Source of the DNA: Eledone cirrhosa
Taxonomy: Eukaryota
Assembly: GCA_964016885.1 (NCBI GenBank)
Contig: OZ024753.1
Coordinates: forward strand, 13,268,001 to 13,332,000
Reading direction: 5' to 3'
Length of the DNA: 64,000 nt
This document shows positions 1 through 15,224 of this stretch, piece after piece. Every line of letters begins with the position of its first letter. Position 1 is the first letter of the stretch. The notes beneath the pieces are model-generated. The model saw only the letters and a program-made list of their open reading frames with translations. It was not told the DNA's origin and made no database searches. The position numbers and the translations under genes were made by a program.

Positions 1-3000
1 ACTCTGCCACTCTATCCCACATTCTAACCACTCTGCCATTCTACACCACATTCTAACCACTCTGCCATTCTACACCACATTCTAACCACTCTGCCATTCT
101 ATCCCACATTCTAACTACTCTGCCATTCTATCCCACATTCTAACCACTCTGCCATTCTACACCACATTCTAACCACTCTGCCATTCTACACCACATTCTA
201 ACCACTCTGCCATTCTATCCCACATTCTAACCACTCTGCCACTCTATCCCACATTCTAACCACTCTGCCATTCTACACCACATTCTAACCACTCTGCCAC
301 TTCTATCCCACATTCTAACCACTCTGCCATTCTATCCCACATTCTAACCACTCTGCCATTCTACACCACATTCTAACCACTCTGCCACTCTATCCCACAT
401 TCTAACCACTCTGCCATTCTACACCACATTCTAACCACTCTGCCATTCTACACCACATTCTAACCACTCTGCCACTCTATCCCACATTCTAACCACTCTG
501 CCATTCTACACCACATTCTAACCACTCTGCCATTCTATCCCACATTCTAACCACTCCGCCATTCTACACCACATTCTAACCACTCTGCCATTCTACACCA
601 CATTCTAACCACTCTGCCACTCTATCCCACATTCTAACCACTCTGCCATTCTACACCACATTCTAACCACTCTGCCATTCTATCCCACATTCTAACCACT
701 CTGCCATTCTACACCACATTCTAACCACTCTGCCATTCTATCCCACATTCTAACCACTCTGCCATTCTACACCACATTCTAACCACTCTGCCACTCTATC
801 CCACATTCTAACCACTCTGCCATTCTACACCACATTCTAACCACTCTGCCATTCTATCCCACATTCTAACCACTCTGCCATTCTACACCACATTCTAACC
901 ACTCTGCCATTCTACACCACATTCTAACCACTCTGCCACTCTATCCCACATTCTAACCACTCTGCCATTCTACACCACATTCTAACCACTCTGCCATTCT
1001 ACACCACATTCTAACCACTCTGCCATTCTATCCCACATTCTAACCACTCTGCCATTCTACACCACATTCTAACCACTCTGCCATTCTACACCACATTCTA
1101 ACCACTCTGCCATTCTATCCCACATTCTAACTACTCTGCCATTCTATCCCACATTCTAACCACTCTGCCACTCTATCCCACATTCTAACCACTCTGTCAT
1201 TCTACACCACATTCTAACCACTCTGCCACTCTATCCCACATTCTAACCACTCTGCCATTCTACACCACATTCTAACCACTCTGCCATTCTACACCACATT
1301 CTAACCACTCTGCCACTCTATCCCACATTCTAACCACTCTGCCATTCTACACCACATTCTAACCACTCTGCCACTCTATCCCACATTCTAACCACTCTGC
1401 CATTCTACACCACATTCTAACCACTCTGCCATTCTATCCCACATTCTAACCACTCTGCCATTCTATCCCACATTCTAACCACTCTGCCATTCTACACCAC
1501 ATTCTAACCACTCTGCCATTCTACACCACATTCTAACCACTCTGCCACTCTATCCCACATTCTAACCACTCTGCCATTCTATCCCACATTCTAACCACTC
1601 TGCCATTCTACACCACATTCTAACCACTCTGCCATTCTATCCCACATTCTAACCACTCTGCCACTCTATCCCACATTCTAACCACTCTGCCATTCTATCC
1701 CACATTCTAACCACTCTGCCATTCTATCCCACATTCTAACCACTCTGCCATTCTATCCCACATTCTAACCACTCTGCCATTCTACACCACATTCTAACCA
1801 CTCTGCCATTCTACACCACATTCTAACCACTCTGCCATTCTATCCCACATTCTAACCACTCTGCCATTCTATCCCACATTCTAACCACTCTGCCACTCTA
1901 TCCCACATTCTAACCACTCTGCCATTCTATCCCACATTCTAACCACTCTGCCATTCTATCCCACATTCTAACCACTCTGCCACTCTATCCCACATTCTAA
2001 CCACTCTGCCATTCTATCCCACATTCTAACCACTCTGCCATTCTACACCACATTCTAACCACTCTGCCATTCTATCCCACATTCTAACCACTCTGCCATT
2101 CTATCCCACATTCTAACCACTCTGCCATTCTACACCACATTCTAACCACTCTGCCATTCTATCCCACATTCTAACCACTCTGCCATTCTATCCCACATTC
2201 TAACCACTCTGCCATTCTACACCACATTCTAACCACTCTGCCATTCTACACCACATTCTAACCACTCTGCCATTCTATCCCACATTCTAACCACTCTGCC
2301 ATTCTATCCCACATTCTAACCACTCTGCCATTCTACACCACATTCTAACCACTCTGCCATTCTACACCACATTCTAACCACTCTGCCACTCTATCCCACA
2401 TTCTAACCACTCTGCCATTCTATCCCACATTCTAACCACTCTGCCATTCTACACCACATTCTAACCACTCTGCCATTCTATCCCACATTCTAACCACTCT
2501 GCCACTCTATCCCACATTCTAACCACTCTGCCATTCTATCCCACATTCTAACCACTCTGCCATTCTATCCCACATTCTAACCACTCTGCCATTCTATCCC
2601 ACATTCTAACCACTCTGCCATTCTACACCACATTCTAACCACTCTGCCATTCTACACCACATTCTAACCACTCTGCCATTCTACACCACATTCTAACCAC
2701 TCTGCCATTCTATCCCACATTCTAACCACTCTGCCATTCTATCCCACATTCTAACCACTCTGCCATTCTATCCCACATTCTAACCACTCTGCCATTCTAC
2801 ACCACATTCTAACCACTCTGCCATTCTACACCACATTCTAACCACTCTGCCATTCTATCCCACATTCTAACCACTCTGCCATTCTACACCACATTCTAAC
2901 CACTCTGCCATTCTACACCACATTCTAACCACTCTGCCACTCTATCCCACATTCTAACCACTCTGCCATTCTATCCCACATTCTAACCACTCTGCCATTC

Positions 3001-6000
3001 TACACCACATTCTAACCACTCTGCCATTCTATCCCACATTCTAACCACTCTGCCATTCTATCCCACATTCTAACCACTCTGCCATTCTACACCACATTCT
3101 AACCACTCTGCCATTCTACACCACATTCTAACCACTCTGCCACTCTATCCCACATTCTAACCACTCTGCCATTCTATCCCACATTCTAACCACTCTGCCA
3201 TTCTACACCACATTCTAACCACTCTGCCATTCTACACCACATTCTAACCACTCTGCCACTCTATCCCACATTCTAACCACTCTGCCATTCTACACCACAT
3301 TCTAACCACTCTGCCATTCTATCCCACATTCTAACCACTCTGCCACTCTATCCCACATTCTAACCACTCTGCCATTCTACACCACATTCTAACCACTCTG
3401 CCATTCTATCCCACATTCTAACCACTCTGCCATTCTATCCCACATTCTAACCACTCTGCCATTCTATCCCACATTCTAACTACTCTGCCATTCTACACCA
3501 CATTCTAACCACTCTGCCATTCTATCCCACATTCTAACCACTCTGCCATTCTACACCACATTCTAACCACTCTGCCATTCTACACCACATTCTAACCACT
3601 CTGCCACTCTATCCCACATTCTAACCACTCTGCCATTCTACACCACATTCTAACCACTCTGCCATTCTATCCAACATTCTAACCACTCTGCCACTCTATC
3701 CCACATTCTAACCACTCTGCCATTCTATCCCACATTCTAACCACTCTGCCATTCTACACCACATTCTAACCACTCTGCCATTCTATCCCACATTCTAACC
3801 ACTCTGCCATTCTACACCACATTCTAACCACTCTGCCATTCTATCCCACATTCTAACCACTCTGCCATTCTATCCCACATTCTAACCACTCTGCCACTCT
3901 ATCCCACATTCTAACCACTCTGCCATTCTATCCCACATTCTAACCACTCTGCCACTCTATCCCACATTCTAACCACTCTGCCATTCTATCCCACATTCTA
4001 ACCACTCTGCCATTCTACACCACATTCTAACCACTCTGCCATTCTATCCCACATTCTAACCACTGCCATTCTACACCACATTCTAACCACTCTGCCATTA
4101 TATCCCACATTCTAACCACTCTGCCACTCTATCCCACATTCTAACCACTCTGCCATTCTACACCACATTCTAACCACTCTGCCACTCTATCCCACATTCT
4201 AACCACTCTGCCATTCTATCCCACATTCTAACCACTCTGCCACTCTATCCCACATTCTAACCACTCTGCCATTCTATCCCACATTCTAACCACTCTGCCA
4301 TTATATCCCACATTCTAACCACTCTGCCATTATATCCCACATTCTAACCACTCTGCCACTCTATCCCACATTCTAACCACTCTGCCATTCTACACCACAT
4401 TCTAACCACTCTGCCACTCTATCCCACATTCTAACCACTCTGCCATTCTATCCCACATTCTAACCACTCTGCCACTCTATCCCACATTCTAACCACTCTG
4501 CCATTCTATCCCACATTCTAACCACTCTGCCATTCTACACCACATTCTAACCACTCTGCCACTCTATCCCACATTCTAACCACTCTGCCATTCTATCCCA
4601 CATTCTAACCACTCTGCCATTCTACACCACATTCTAACCACTCTGCCATTCTATCCCACATTCTAACCACTCTGCCATTCTACACCACATTCTAACCACT
4701 CTGCCACTCTATCCCACATTCTAACCACTCTGCCATTCTATCCCACATTCTAACCACTCTGCCATTCTACACCACATTCTAACCACTCTGCCATTCTATC
4801 CCACATTCTAACCACTCTGCCATTCTACACCACATTCTAACCACTCTGCCACTCTATCCCACATTCTAACCACTCTGCCATTCTATCCCACATTCTAACC
4901 ACTCTGCCATTCTATCCCACATTCTAACCACTCTGCCATTCTATCCCACATTCTAACCACTCTGCCACTCTATCCCACATTCTAACCACTCTGCCACTCT
5001 ATCCCACATTCTAACCACTCTGCCATTCTATCCCACATTCTAACTACTCTGCCATTCTATCCCACATTCTAACCACTCTGCCATTATATCCCACATTCTA
5101 ACCACTCTGCCACTCTATCCCACATTCTAACCACTCTGCCATTCTACACCACATTCTAACCACTCTGCCATTCTATCCCACATTCTAACCACTCTGCCAT
5201 TCTATCCCACATTCTAACCACTCTGCCATTCTACACCACATTCTAACCACTCTGCCATTCTATCCCACATTCTAACCACTCTGCCATTCTACACCGCATT
5301 CTAACCACTCTGCCATTCTACACCACATTCTAACCACTCTGCCACTCTATCCCACATTCTAACCACTCTGCCATTCTATCCCACATTCTAACCACTCTGC
5401 CATTCTACACCACATTCTAACCACTCTGCCATTCTACACCACATTCTAACCACTCTGCCACTCTATCCCACATTCTAACCACTCTGCCATTCTATCCCAC
5501 ATTCTAACCACTCTGCCATTCTACACCACATTCTAACCACTCTGCCATTCTATCCCACATTCTAACCACTCTGCCATTCTACACCACATTCTAACCACTC
5601 TGCCATTATATCCCACATTCTAACCACTCTGCCATTCTACACCACATTCTAACCACTCTGCCATTCTACACCACATTCTAACCACTCTGCCACTCTATAC
5701 CACATTCTAACCACTCTGCCATTCTATCCCACATTCTAACCACTCTGCCATTCTACACCACATTCTAACCACTCTGCCATTCTATCCCACATTCTAACCA
5801 CTCTGCCATTCTACACCACATTCTAACCACTCTGCCATTCTATCCCACATTCTAACCACTCTGCCATTCTACACCACATTCTAACCACTCTTCCATTCTA
5901 CACCACATTCTAACTACTCTGCCATTCTATCCCACATTCTAACCACTCTGCCATTCTATCCCACATTCTAACTACTCTGCCATTCTATCCCACATTCTAA

Positions 6001-9000
6001 CCACTCTGCCATTCTATCCCACATTCTAACCACTCTGCCATTCTACACCACATTCTAACCACTCTGCCATTCTATCCCACATTCTAACCACTCTGCCATT
6101 CTACACCACATTCTAACCACTCTGCCATTCTATCCCACATTCTAACCACTCTGCCATTCTACACCACATTCTAACCACTCTTCCATTCTACACCACATTC
6201 TAACCACTCTGCCATTCTATCCCACATTCTAACCACTCTGCCACTCTATCCCACATTCTAACCACTCTGCCATTCTATCCCACATTCTAACCACTCTGCC
6301 ATTCTATCCCACATTCTAACCACTCTGCCATTCTACACCACATTCTAACCACTCTGCCATTCTATCCCACATTCTAACCACTCTGCCACTCTATCCCACA
6401 TTCTAACCACTCTGCCACTCTATCCCACATTCTAACCACTCTGCCATTCTATCCCACATTCTAACCACTCTGCCATTCTACACCACATTCTAACCACTCT
6501 GCCATTCTACACCACATTCTAACCACTCTGCCATTCTACACCACATTCTAACCACTCTGCCATTCTACACCACATTCTAACCACTCTGCCATTCTACACC
6601 ACATTCTAACCACTCTGCCATTCTATCCCACATTCTAACTACTCTGCCACTCTATCCCACATTCTAACCACTCTGCCACTCTATCCCACATTCTAACCAC
6701 TCTGCCATTCTATCCCACATTCTAACTACTCTGCCATTCTATCCCACATTCTAACTACTCTGCCATTCTATCCCACATTCTAACTACTCTGCCATTCTAT
6801 CCCACATTCTAACCACTCTGCCACTCTATCCCACATTCTAACCACTCTGCCACTCTATCCCACATTCTAACCACTCTGCCATTCTATCCCACATTCTAAC
6901 CACTCTGCCATTCTATCCCACATTCTAACTACTCTGCCATTCTATCCCACATTCTAACCACTCTGCCATTCTATCCCACATTCTAACCACTCTGCCATTC
7001 TATCCCACATTCTAACTACTCTGCCATTCTATCCCACATTCTAACCACTCTGCCATTCTATCCCACATTCTAACCACTCTGCCATTCTACACCACATTCT
7101 AACCACTCTGCCATTCTACACCACATTCTAACCACTCTGCCATTCTACACCACATTCTAACCACTCTGCCATTCTACACCACATTCTAACCACTCTGCCA
7201 TTCTACACCACATTCTAACCACTCTGCCATTCTATCCCACATTCTAACCACTCTGCCATTCTATCCCACATTCTAACTACTCTGCCATTCTATCCCACAT
7301 TCTAACCACTCTGCCATTCTACACCACATTCTAACCACTCTGCCATTCTATCCCACATTCTAACCACTCTGCCATTCTATCCCACATTCTAACCACTCTG
7401 CCATTCTATCCCACATTCTAACTACTCTGCCATTCTATCCCACATTCTAACCACTCTGCCATTCTACACCACATTCTAACCACTCTGCCACTCTATCCCA
7501 CATTCTAACCACTCTGCCATTCTATCCCACATTCTAACCACTCTGCCATTCTACACCACATTCTAACCACTCTGCCATTCTACACCACATTCTAACCACT
7601 CTGCCATTCTACACCACATTCTAACCACTCTGCCATTCTACACCACATTCTAACCACTCTGCCATTCTACACCACATTCTAACCACTCTGCCATTCTACA
7701 CCACATTCTAACCACTCTGCCACTCTATCCCACATTCTAACCACTCTGCCATTCTATCCCACATTCTAACTACTCTGCCATTCTATCCCACATTCTAACT
7801 ACTCTGCCATTCTATCCCACATTCAAACTACTCTGCCATTCTATCCCACATTCTAACCACACTGCCACTCTATCCCACATTCTAACCACTCTGCCACTCT
7901 ATCCCACATTCTAACCACTCTGCCATTCTATCCCACATTCTAACCACTCTGCCATTCTATCCCACATTCTAACTACTCTGCCATTCTATCCCACATTCTA
8001 ACCACTCTGCCATTCTATCCCACATTCTAACCACTCTGCCATTCTACACCACATTCTAACCACTCTGCCATTCTACACCACATTCTAACCACTCTGCCAT
8101 TCTACACCACATTCTAACCACTCTGCCATTCTACACCACATTCTAACCACTCTGCCATTCTACACCACATTCTAACCACTCTGCCATTCTACACCACATT
8201 CTAACCACTCTGCCACTCTATCCCACATTCTAACTACTCTGCCATTCTATCCCACATTCTAACTACTCTGCCATTCTATCCCACATTCTAACCACTCTGC
8301 CACTCTATCCCACATTCTAACCACTCTGCCATTCTATCCCACATTCTAACTACTCTGCCACTCTATCCCACATTCTAACCACTCTGCCACTCTATCCCAC
8401 ATTCTAACCACTCTGCCATTCTATCCCACATTCTAACTACTCTGCCATTCTATCCCACATTCTAACCACTCTGCCACTCTATCCCACATTCTAACCACTC
8501 TGCCATTCTATCCCACATTCTAACCACTCTGCCATTCTATCCCACATTCTAACTACTCTGCCATTCTATCCCACATTCTAACCACTCTGCCACTCTATCC
8601 CACATTCTAACCACTCTGCCATTCTATCCCACATTCTAACTACTCTGCCACTCTATCCCACATTCTAACCACTCTGCCACTCTATCCCACATTCTAACCA
8701 CTCTGCCATTCTATCCCACATTCTAACTACTCTGCCATTCTATCCCACATTCTAACTACTCTGCCATTCTATCCCACATTCTAACCACTCTGCCACTCTA
8801 TCCCACATTCTAACCACTCTGCCATTCTATCCCACATTCTAACCACTCTGCCACTCTATCCCACATTCTAACCACTCTGCCATTCTATCCCACATTCTAA
8901 CCACTCTGCCATTCTATCCCACATTCTAACCACTCTGCCATTCTATCCCACATTCTAACCACTCTTCCATTCTATCCCACATTCTAACCACTCTGCCATT

Positions 9001-12000
9001 CTACACCACATTCTAACCACTCTGCCATTCTACACCACATTCTAACCACTCTGCCATTCTACACCACATTCTAACCACTCTGCCATTCTACACCACATTC
9101 TAACCACTCTGCCATTCTATCCCACATTCTAACCACTCTGCCATTCTATCCCACATTCTAACCACTCTGCCATTCTATCCCACATTCTAACCACTCTGCC
9201 ATTCTACACCACATTCTAACCACTCTGCCATTCTACACCACATTCTAACCACTCTTCCATTCTATCCCACATTCTAACCACTCTGCCATTCTACACCACA
9301 TTCTAACCACTCTGCCATTCTACACCACATTCTAACCACTCTGCCATTCTATCCCACATTCTAACCACTCTGCCATTCTACACCACATTCTAACCACTCT
9401 GCCATTCTACACCACATTCTAACCACTCTGCCATTCTACACCACATTCTAACCACTCTGCCATTCTACACCACATTCTAACCACTCTGCCATTCTACACC
9501 ACATTCTAACCACTCTGCCATTCTACACCACATTCTAACCACTCTGCCATTCTACACCACATTCTAACCACTCTGCCATTCTACACCACATTCTAACCAC
9601 TCTGCCATTCTACACCACATTCTAACCACTCTGCCATTCTACACCACATTCTAACCACTCTGCCACTCTATCCCACATTCTAACCACTCTGCCATTCTAC
9701 ACCACATTCTAACCACTCTGCCATTCTATCCCACATTCTAACCACTCTGCCATTCTATCCCACATTCTAACCACTCTGCCATTCTACACCACATTCTAAC
9801 CACTCTGCCATTCTACACCACATTCTAACCACTCTGCCATTCTACACCACATTCTAACCACTCTGCCATTCTATCCCACATTCTAACCACTCTGCCATTC
9901 TACACCACATTCTAACCACTCTGCCATTCTACACCACATTCTAACTACTCTGCCATTCTATCCCACATTCTAACCACTCTGCCATTCTATCCCACATTCT
10001 AACCACTCTGCCATTCTACACCACATTCTAACCACTCTGCCATTCTATCCCACATTCTAACTACTCTGCCATTCTATCCCACATTCTAACCACTCTGCCA
10101 TTCTATCCCACATTCTAACCACTCTGCCATTCTACACCACATTCTAACCACTCTGCCATTCTACACCACATTCTAACCACTCTGCCATTCTATCCCACAT
10201 TCTAACCACTCTGCCATTCTATCCCACATTCTAACCACTCTGCCATTCTACACCACATTCTAACCACTCTGCCATTCTACACCACATTCTAACCACTCTG
10301 CCATTCTATCCCACATTCTAACCACTCTGCCATTCTACACCACATTCTAACCACTCTGCCATTCTATCCCACATTCTAACCACTCTGCCATTCTATCCCA
10401 CATTCTAACCACTCTGCCATTCTACACCACATTCTAACCACTCTGCCATTCTACACCACATTCTAACCACTCTGCCACTCTATCCCACATTCTAACTACT
10501 CTGCCATTCTATCCCACATTCTAACTACTCTGCCATTCTATCCCACATTCTAACCACTCTGCCACTCTATCCCACATTCTAACCACTCTGCCATTCTATC
10601 CCACATTCTAACTACTCTGCCACTCTATCCCACATTCTAACCACTCTGCCACTCTATCCCACATTCTAACCACTCTGCCATTCTATCCCACATTCTAACT
10701 ACTCTGCCATTCTATCCCACATTCTAACCACTCTGCCACTCTATCCCACATTCTAACCACTCTGCCATTCTATCCCACATTCTAACCACTCTGCCATTCT
10801 ATCCCACATTCTAACTACTCTGCCATTCTATCCCACATTCTAACCACTCTGCCACTCTATCCCACATTCTAACCACTCTGCCATTCTATCCCACATTCTA
10901 ACTACTCTGCCACTCTATCCCACATTCTAACCACTCTGCCACTCTATCCCACATTCTAACCACTCTGCCATTCTATCCCACATTCTAACTACTCTGCCAT
11001 TCTATCCCACATTCTAACTACTCTGCCATTCTATCCCACATTCTAACCACTCTGCCACTCTATCCCACATTCTAACCACTCTGCCATTCTATCCCACATT
11101 CTAACCACTCTGCCACTCTATCCCACATTCTAACCACTCTGCCATTCTATCCCACATTCTAACCACTCTGCCATTCTATCCCACATTCTAACCACTCTGC
11201 CATTCTATCCCACATTCTAACCACTCTTCCATTCTATCCCACATTCTAACCACTCTGCCATTCTACACCACATTCTAACCACTCTGCCATTCTACACCAC
11301 ATTCTAACCACTCTGCCATTCTACACCACATTCTAACCACTCTGCCATTCTACACCACATTCTAACCACTCTGCCATTCTATCCCACATTCTAACCACTC
11401 TGCCATTCTATCCCACATTCTAACCACTCTGCCATTCTATCCCACATTCTAACCACTCTGCCATTCTACACCACATTCTAACCACTCTGCCATTCTACAC
11501 CACATTCTAACCACTCTTCCATTCTATCCCACATTCTAACCACTCTGCCATTCTACACCACATTCTAACCACTCTGCCATTCTACACCACATTCTAACCA
11601 CTCTGCCATTCTATCCCACATTCTAACCACTCTGCCATTCTACACCACATTCTAACCACTCTGCCATTCTACACCACATTCTAACCACTCTGCCATTCTA
11701 CACCACATTCTAACCACTCTGCCATTCTACACCACATTCTAACCACTCTGCCATTCTACACCACATTCTAACCACTCTGCCATTCTACACCACATTCTAA
11801 CCACTCTGCCATTCTACACCACATTCTAACCACTCTGCCATTCTACACCACATTCTAACCACTCTGCCATTCTACACCACATTCTAACCACTCTGCCATT
11901 CTACACCACATTCTAACCACTCTGCCACTCTATCCCACATTCTAACCACTCTGCCATTCTACACCACATTCTAACCACTCTGCCATTCTATCCCACATTC

Positions 12001-12830
12001 TAACCACTCTGCCATTCTATCCCACATTCTAACCACTCTGCCATTCTACACCACATTCTAACCACTCTGCCATTCTACACCACATTCTAACCACTCTGCC
12101 ATTCTACACCACATTCTAACCACTCTGCCATTCTATCCCACATTCTAACCACTCTGCCATTCTACACCACATTCTAACCACTCTGCCATTCTACACCACA
12201 TTCTAACTACTCTGCCATTCTATCCCACATTCTAACCACTCTGCCATTCTATCCCACATTCTAACCACTCTGCCATTCTACACCACATTCTAACCACTCT
12301 GCCATTCTATCCCACATTCTAACTACTCTGCCATTCTATCCCACATTCTAACCACTCTGCCATTCTATCCCACATTCTAACCACTCTGCCATTCTACACC
12401 ACATTCTAACCACTCTGCCATTCTACACCACATTCTAACCACTCTGCCATTCTATCCCACATTCTAACCACTCTGCCATTCTATCCCACATTCTAACCAC
12501 TCTGCCATTCTACACCACATTCTAACCACTCTGCCATTCTACACCACATTCTAACCACTCTGCCATTCTATCCCACATTCTAACCACTCTGCCATTCTAC
12601 ACCACATTCTAACCACTCTGCCATTCTATCCCACATTCTAACCACTCTGCCATTCTATCCCACATTCTAACCACTCTGCCATTCTACACCACATTCTAAC
12701 CACTCTGCCATTCTACACCACATTCTAACCACTCTGCCATTCTACACCACATTCTAACCACTCTGCCATTCTACACCACATTCTAACCACTCTGCCACTC
12801 TATCCCACATTCTAACCACTCTGCCATTCT
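1..12830. repeat. 29-bp tandem satellite, consensus ACTCTGCCATTCTATCCCACATTCTAACC (about 440 copies; runs off the left edge)
   Basis: Directly visible 29-bp period. Common variants are TTCTATCCC/TTCTACACC/CTCTATCCC and AACC/AACT. The array ends abruptly near 12830. Confidence 0.98.
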
Positions 12831-13145
12831 AACGACTCTGCCAATTCGCTACCTTTGCAAGTAGATACCGCTTGTAAATCATTGAAGAATTTTGTGAATT
12901 CGATTTATTCTGTTGAGATTTGCTCCATGTTTCACTGTAACATTTCAATGAAATATTCTTGAAATACATATAGTTTCCCGGCTTTTGTTTCGCTTTGGCC
13001 TGGCAAATAAATATCAACAACCCGATAGACAACCACCACAAAAGAATTAAACTTGCGTCGTTTATCTCAACGATGTGTGGAAATTGATTAAGAAAGAAGT
13101 TAAGAAGTAAACGAATATATTCTAAAAACAAAGTTCTTTAACGTG

Positions 13146-13778
13146 ATGAACTTTTATCGAATACTGAATGATTTAAGGAAATTACCTATATCAGAGAAGC
13201 CATGCAATTTCAAAAGAATGTCTTTACAACTTTTTTCTTCACTCCTTTGTATATATTTGACTCTAATTCCCATTCGCCAAATTGTTTGTTTAATGGAGTT
13301 AGAAGCTTTTAAAGCTAGTAAAGCAATTGTGTATATTTATATAGTATTTTACCGAACGTTCGTTACTATTTTGAATCTGAGCAAACTATACGGAAACCCT
13401 AGTGTTGAACAGCTAATTGAAATTTTCGCTAAACTTAAAATTGAAGATGAAAGTGTTAAAGTCTGTAACAACCGTTTTATACGTTTGCAAACATTCTGTT
13501 CATTATTTTTCTTCTCTGTCATACCAAACGTAGCAATGGAATTAATGTTGCCGCTTTTCAGTAGTGATTTGATGAGTTTCTTAACATTTCCACTTCTAAA
13601 CAATAATATATATCAATTCCTAATGTTATCAGTACAGATGGTAGTTAATACCATAACGAATATGTACATTTTACTCGATTTGTATATGAACTTGTTCTAC
13701 GGAATTATTCTCATTCGTGAGTTTGACGAACTGACGAATAAAGCCGAACGATATGTTACGAACTTAACTACTTCAGAT
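13146..13778 (+). CDS. Gustatory-receptor-like (GRL/7TMIC) gene, large 5' exon covering about TM1-TM4; 3' part apparently truncated
   Basis: Non-repetitive ORF from ATG 13146 with four hydrophobic segments (LQLFSSLLCIYLTLIPI; AIVYIYIVFYRTFVTILNL; FCSLFFFSVIPNVAMELMLPLF; FLMLSVQMVV...LFYGIILIREF). It is colinear with the GRL-type C-terminal exons downstream. At 13781 the frame runs into a SINE fragment and stops at 13922. The true start is uncertain. Confidence 0.7.
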
Positions 13779-13780
13779 GT

Positions 13781-13825
13781 CACAAGGCCAGCAATTACCC
13801 TAGTGCATTACTGGTACTTTATGTT
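13781..13825 (-). mobile_element. SINE fragment fused to the truncated GRL exon
   Basis: CACAAGGCCAGCAATTACCCTAGTGCATTACTGGTACTTTAT is near-identical to the SINE copies at 37095-37210 and 37686-37863. Confidence 0.8.
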
Positions 13826-14183
13826 TTATTATAATAGTATCATAATAGGGGCAAGTTATTGTCCTGCTCTGATAAAGTTCGGGAAGAACCACTCACCCCA
13901 GATGTGGGGAATATTTAAGTGAGCGGCCAAAAATCTCTTCTCGTAAACAAAACAATTAAAATATTAGATTAAAATCGGGAATCTAACTTATAAACTACTT
14001 TTTATAAGATACATCACGACCCTGCTTTATGTGAAACTTGCTTACGAAATGAGAGACGACCAACTTGGCTGTATTTCAGCAATATTCAAAAGCTCAGTTT
14101 TTTAAAGGTTTTAAAAACAACTAAATCAACGCCTCAAATAATTAGAACGAAACATTACAAGTGTTTTTCTATTTTAAATCCAG

Positions 14184-14252
14184 ATTCATAACATCGTACA
14201 AAGTATTCATTTTATGGAATTTCAAGATATGAAAGACAAGGATTTTGCAAAG
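14184..14252 (+). CDS. GRL internal exon (69 bp, phase 0/0): IHNIVQSIHFMEFQDMKDKDFAK
   Basis: Acceptor tttttctattttaaatccAG and consensus donor AAG|GTAAGT. Open frame. Fits the post-TM6 loop exon of GR/GRL genes. Confidence 0.75.
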
Positions 14253-14469
14253 GTAAGTAATATTTATACGTTCTTCAAACCAAAGTTAGTTTGCCACAAA
14301 CTAAAAACGATCTATGTTATCGTTAAATCTCTTCGCTATATGGTCCTTTCTCTCTCTCTATATATATGTATATTTTAATTTTGAATTACTATAGATCTGG
14401 AGAAAGTCTATTGAACTTTTGTTAGTGAGAAGCACAAAAATCAAACATATTTAATATGTTTATACCGCA

Positions 14470-14595
14470 TATTCCTACCTACATATATACACAGATACAT
14501 ATACATACATATATGCATACATATATATATATGCATATATATATATATATATGCATATATATATATATGTATACATAAAATATATATATATACAT

Positions 14596-14682
<87 letters not shown>

Positions 14683-14691
14683 ATATATATA

Positions 14692-14768
<77 letters not shown>

Positions 14769-14769
14769 C

Positions 14770-14839
<70 letters not shown>

Positions 14840-14860
14840 ATATATATATATATATATATA
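14470..14860. repeat. (TA)n-rich microsatellite
   Basis: Directly visible. Confidence 0.95.
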
Positions 14861-14917
14861 TAAATGTAAGTATGTATGTATACGTACATACATATATGTA
14901 TACAGACGTACAGTAGC

Positions 14918-14956
<39 letters not shown>

Positions 14957-15189
14957 CATGCAGGTACACATACATATATGCACGCATCAGTTTAGCAGAC
15001 GCTTATTATAGCGCTGCTTTGTTAGTTTGTCAACAAACTGAACAGCCTGTAAAAAGGTGACGTGGTTGCCTTAACACCGTATGGCATAAATTCAGGCTGT
15101 TCAGTTTGTTGACAAACTAACAAAGCAGCGCTATAATAAGCGTCTGCTAAACTGATGCGTGCATATATGTATGTGTACCTGCATGTATG

Positions 15190-15224
<35 letters not shown>

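Noticed and set aside
1-12830. CRISPR array or telomeric repeat
   Set aside because: No unique spacers and no cas genes. TTCTAACC only loosely resembles CCCTAA and there are no (TTAGGG)n runs.
12829-13131. 100-aa minus-strand ORF next to the satellite
   Set aside because: No recognisable motif; AT-rich sequence directly upstream of the GRL exon; most likely chance.
13968-14105. Open stretch IKIGNLTYKLLFIRYITTLLYVKLAYEM... as the missing GRL TM5-6 exon
   Set aside because: Too short and too charged for two TM helices, ends in TAA, and has weak splice signals.
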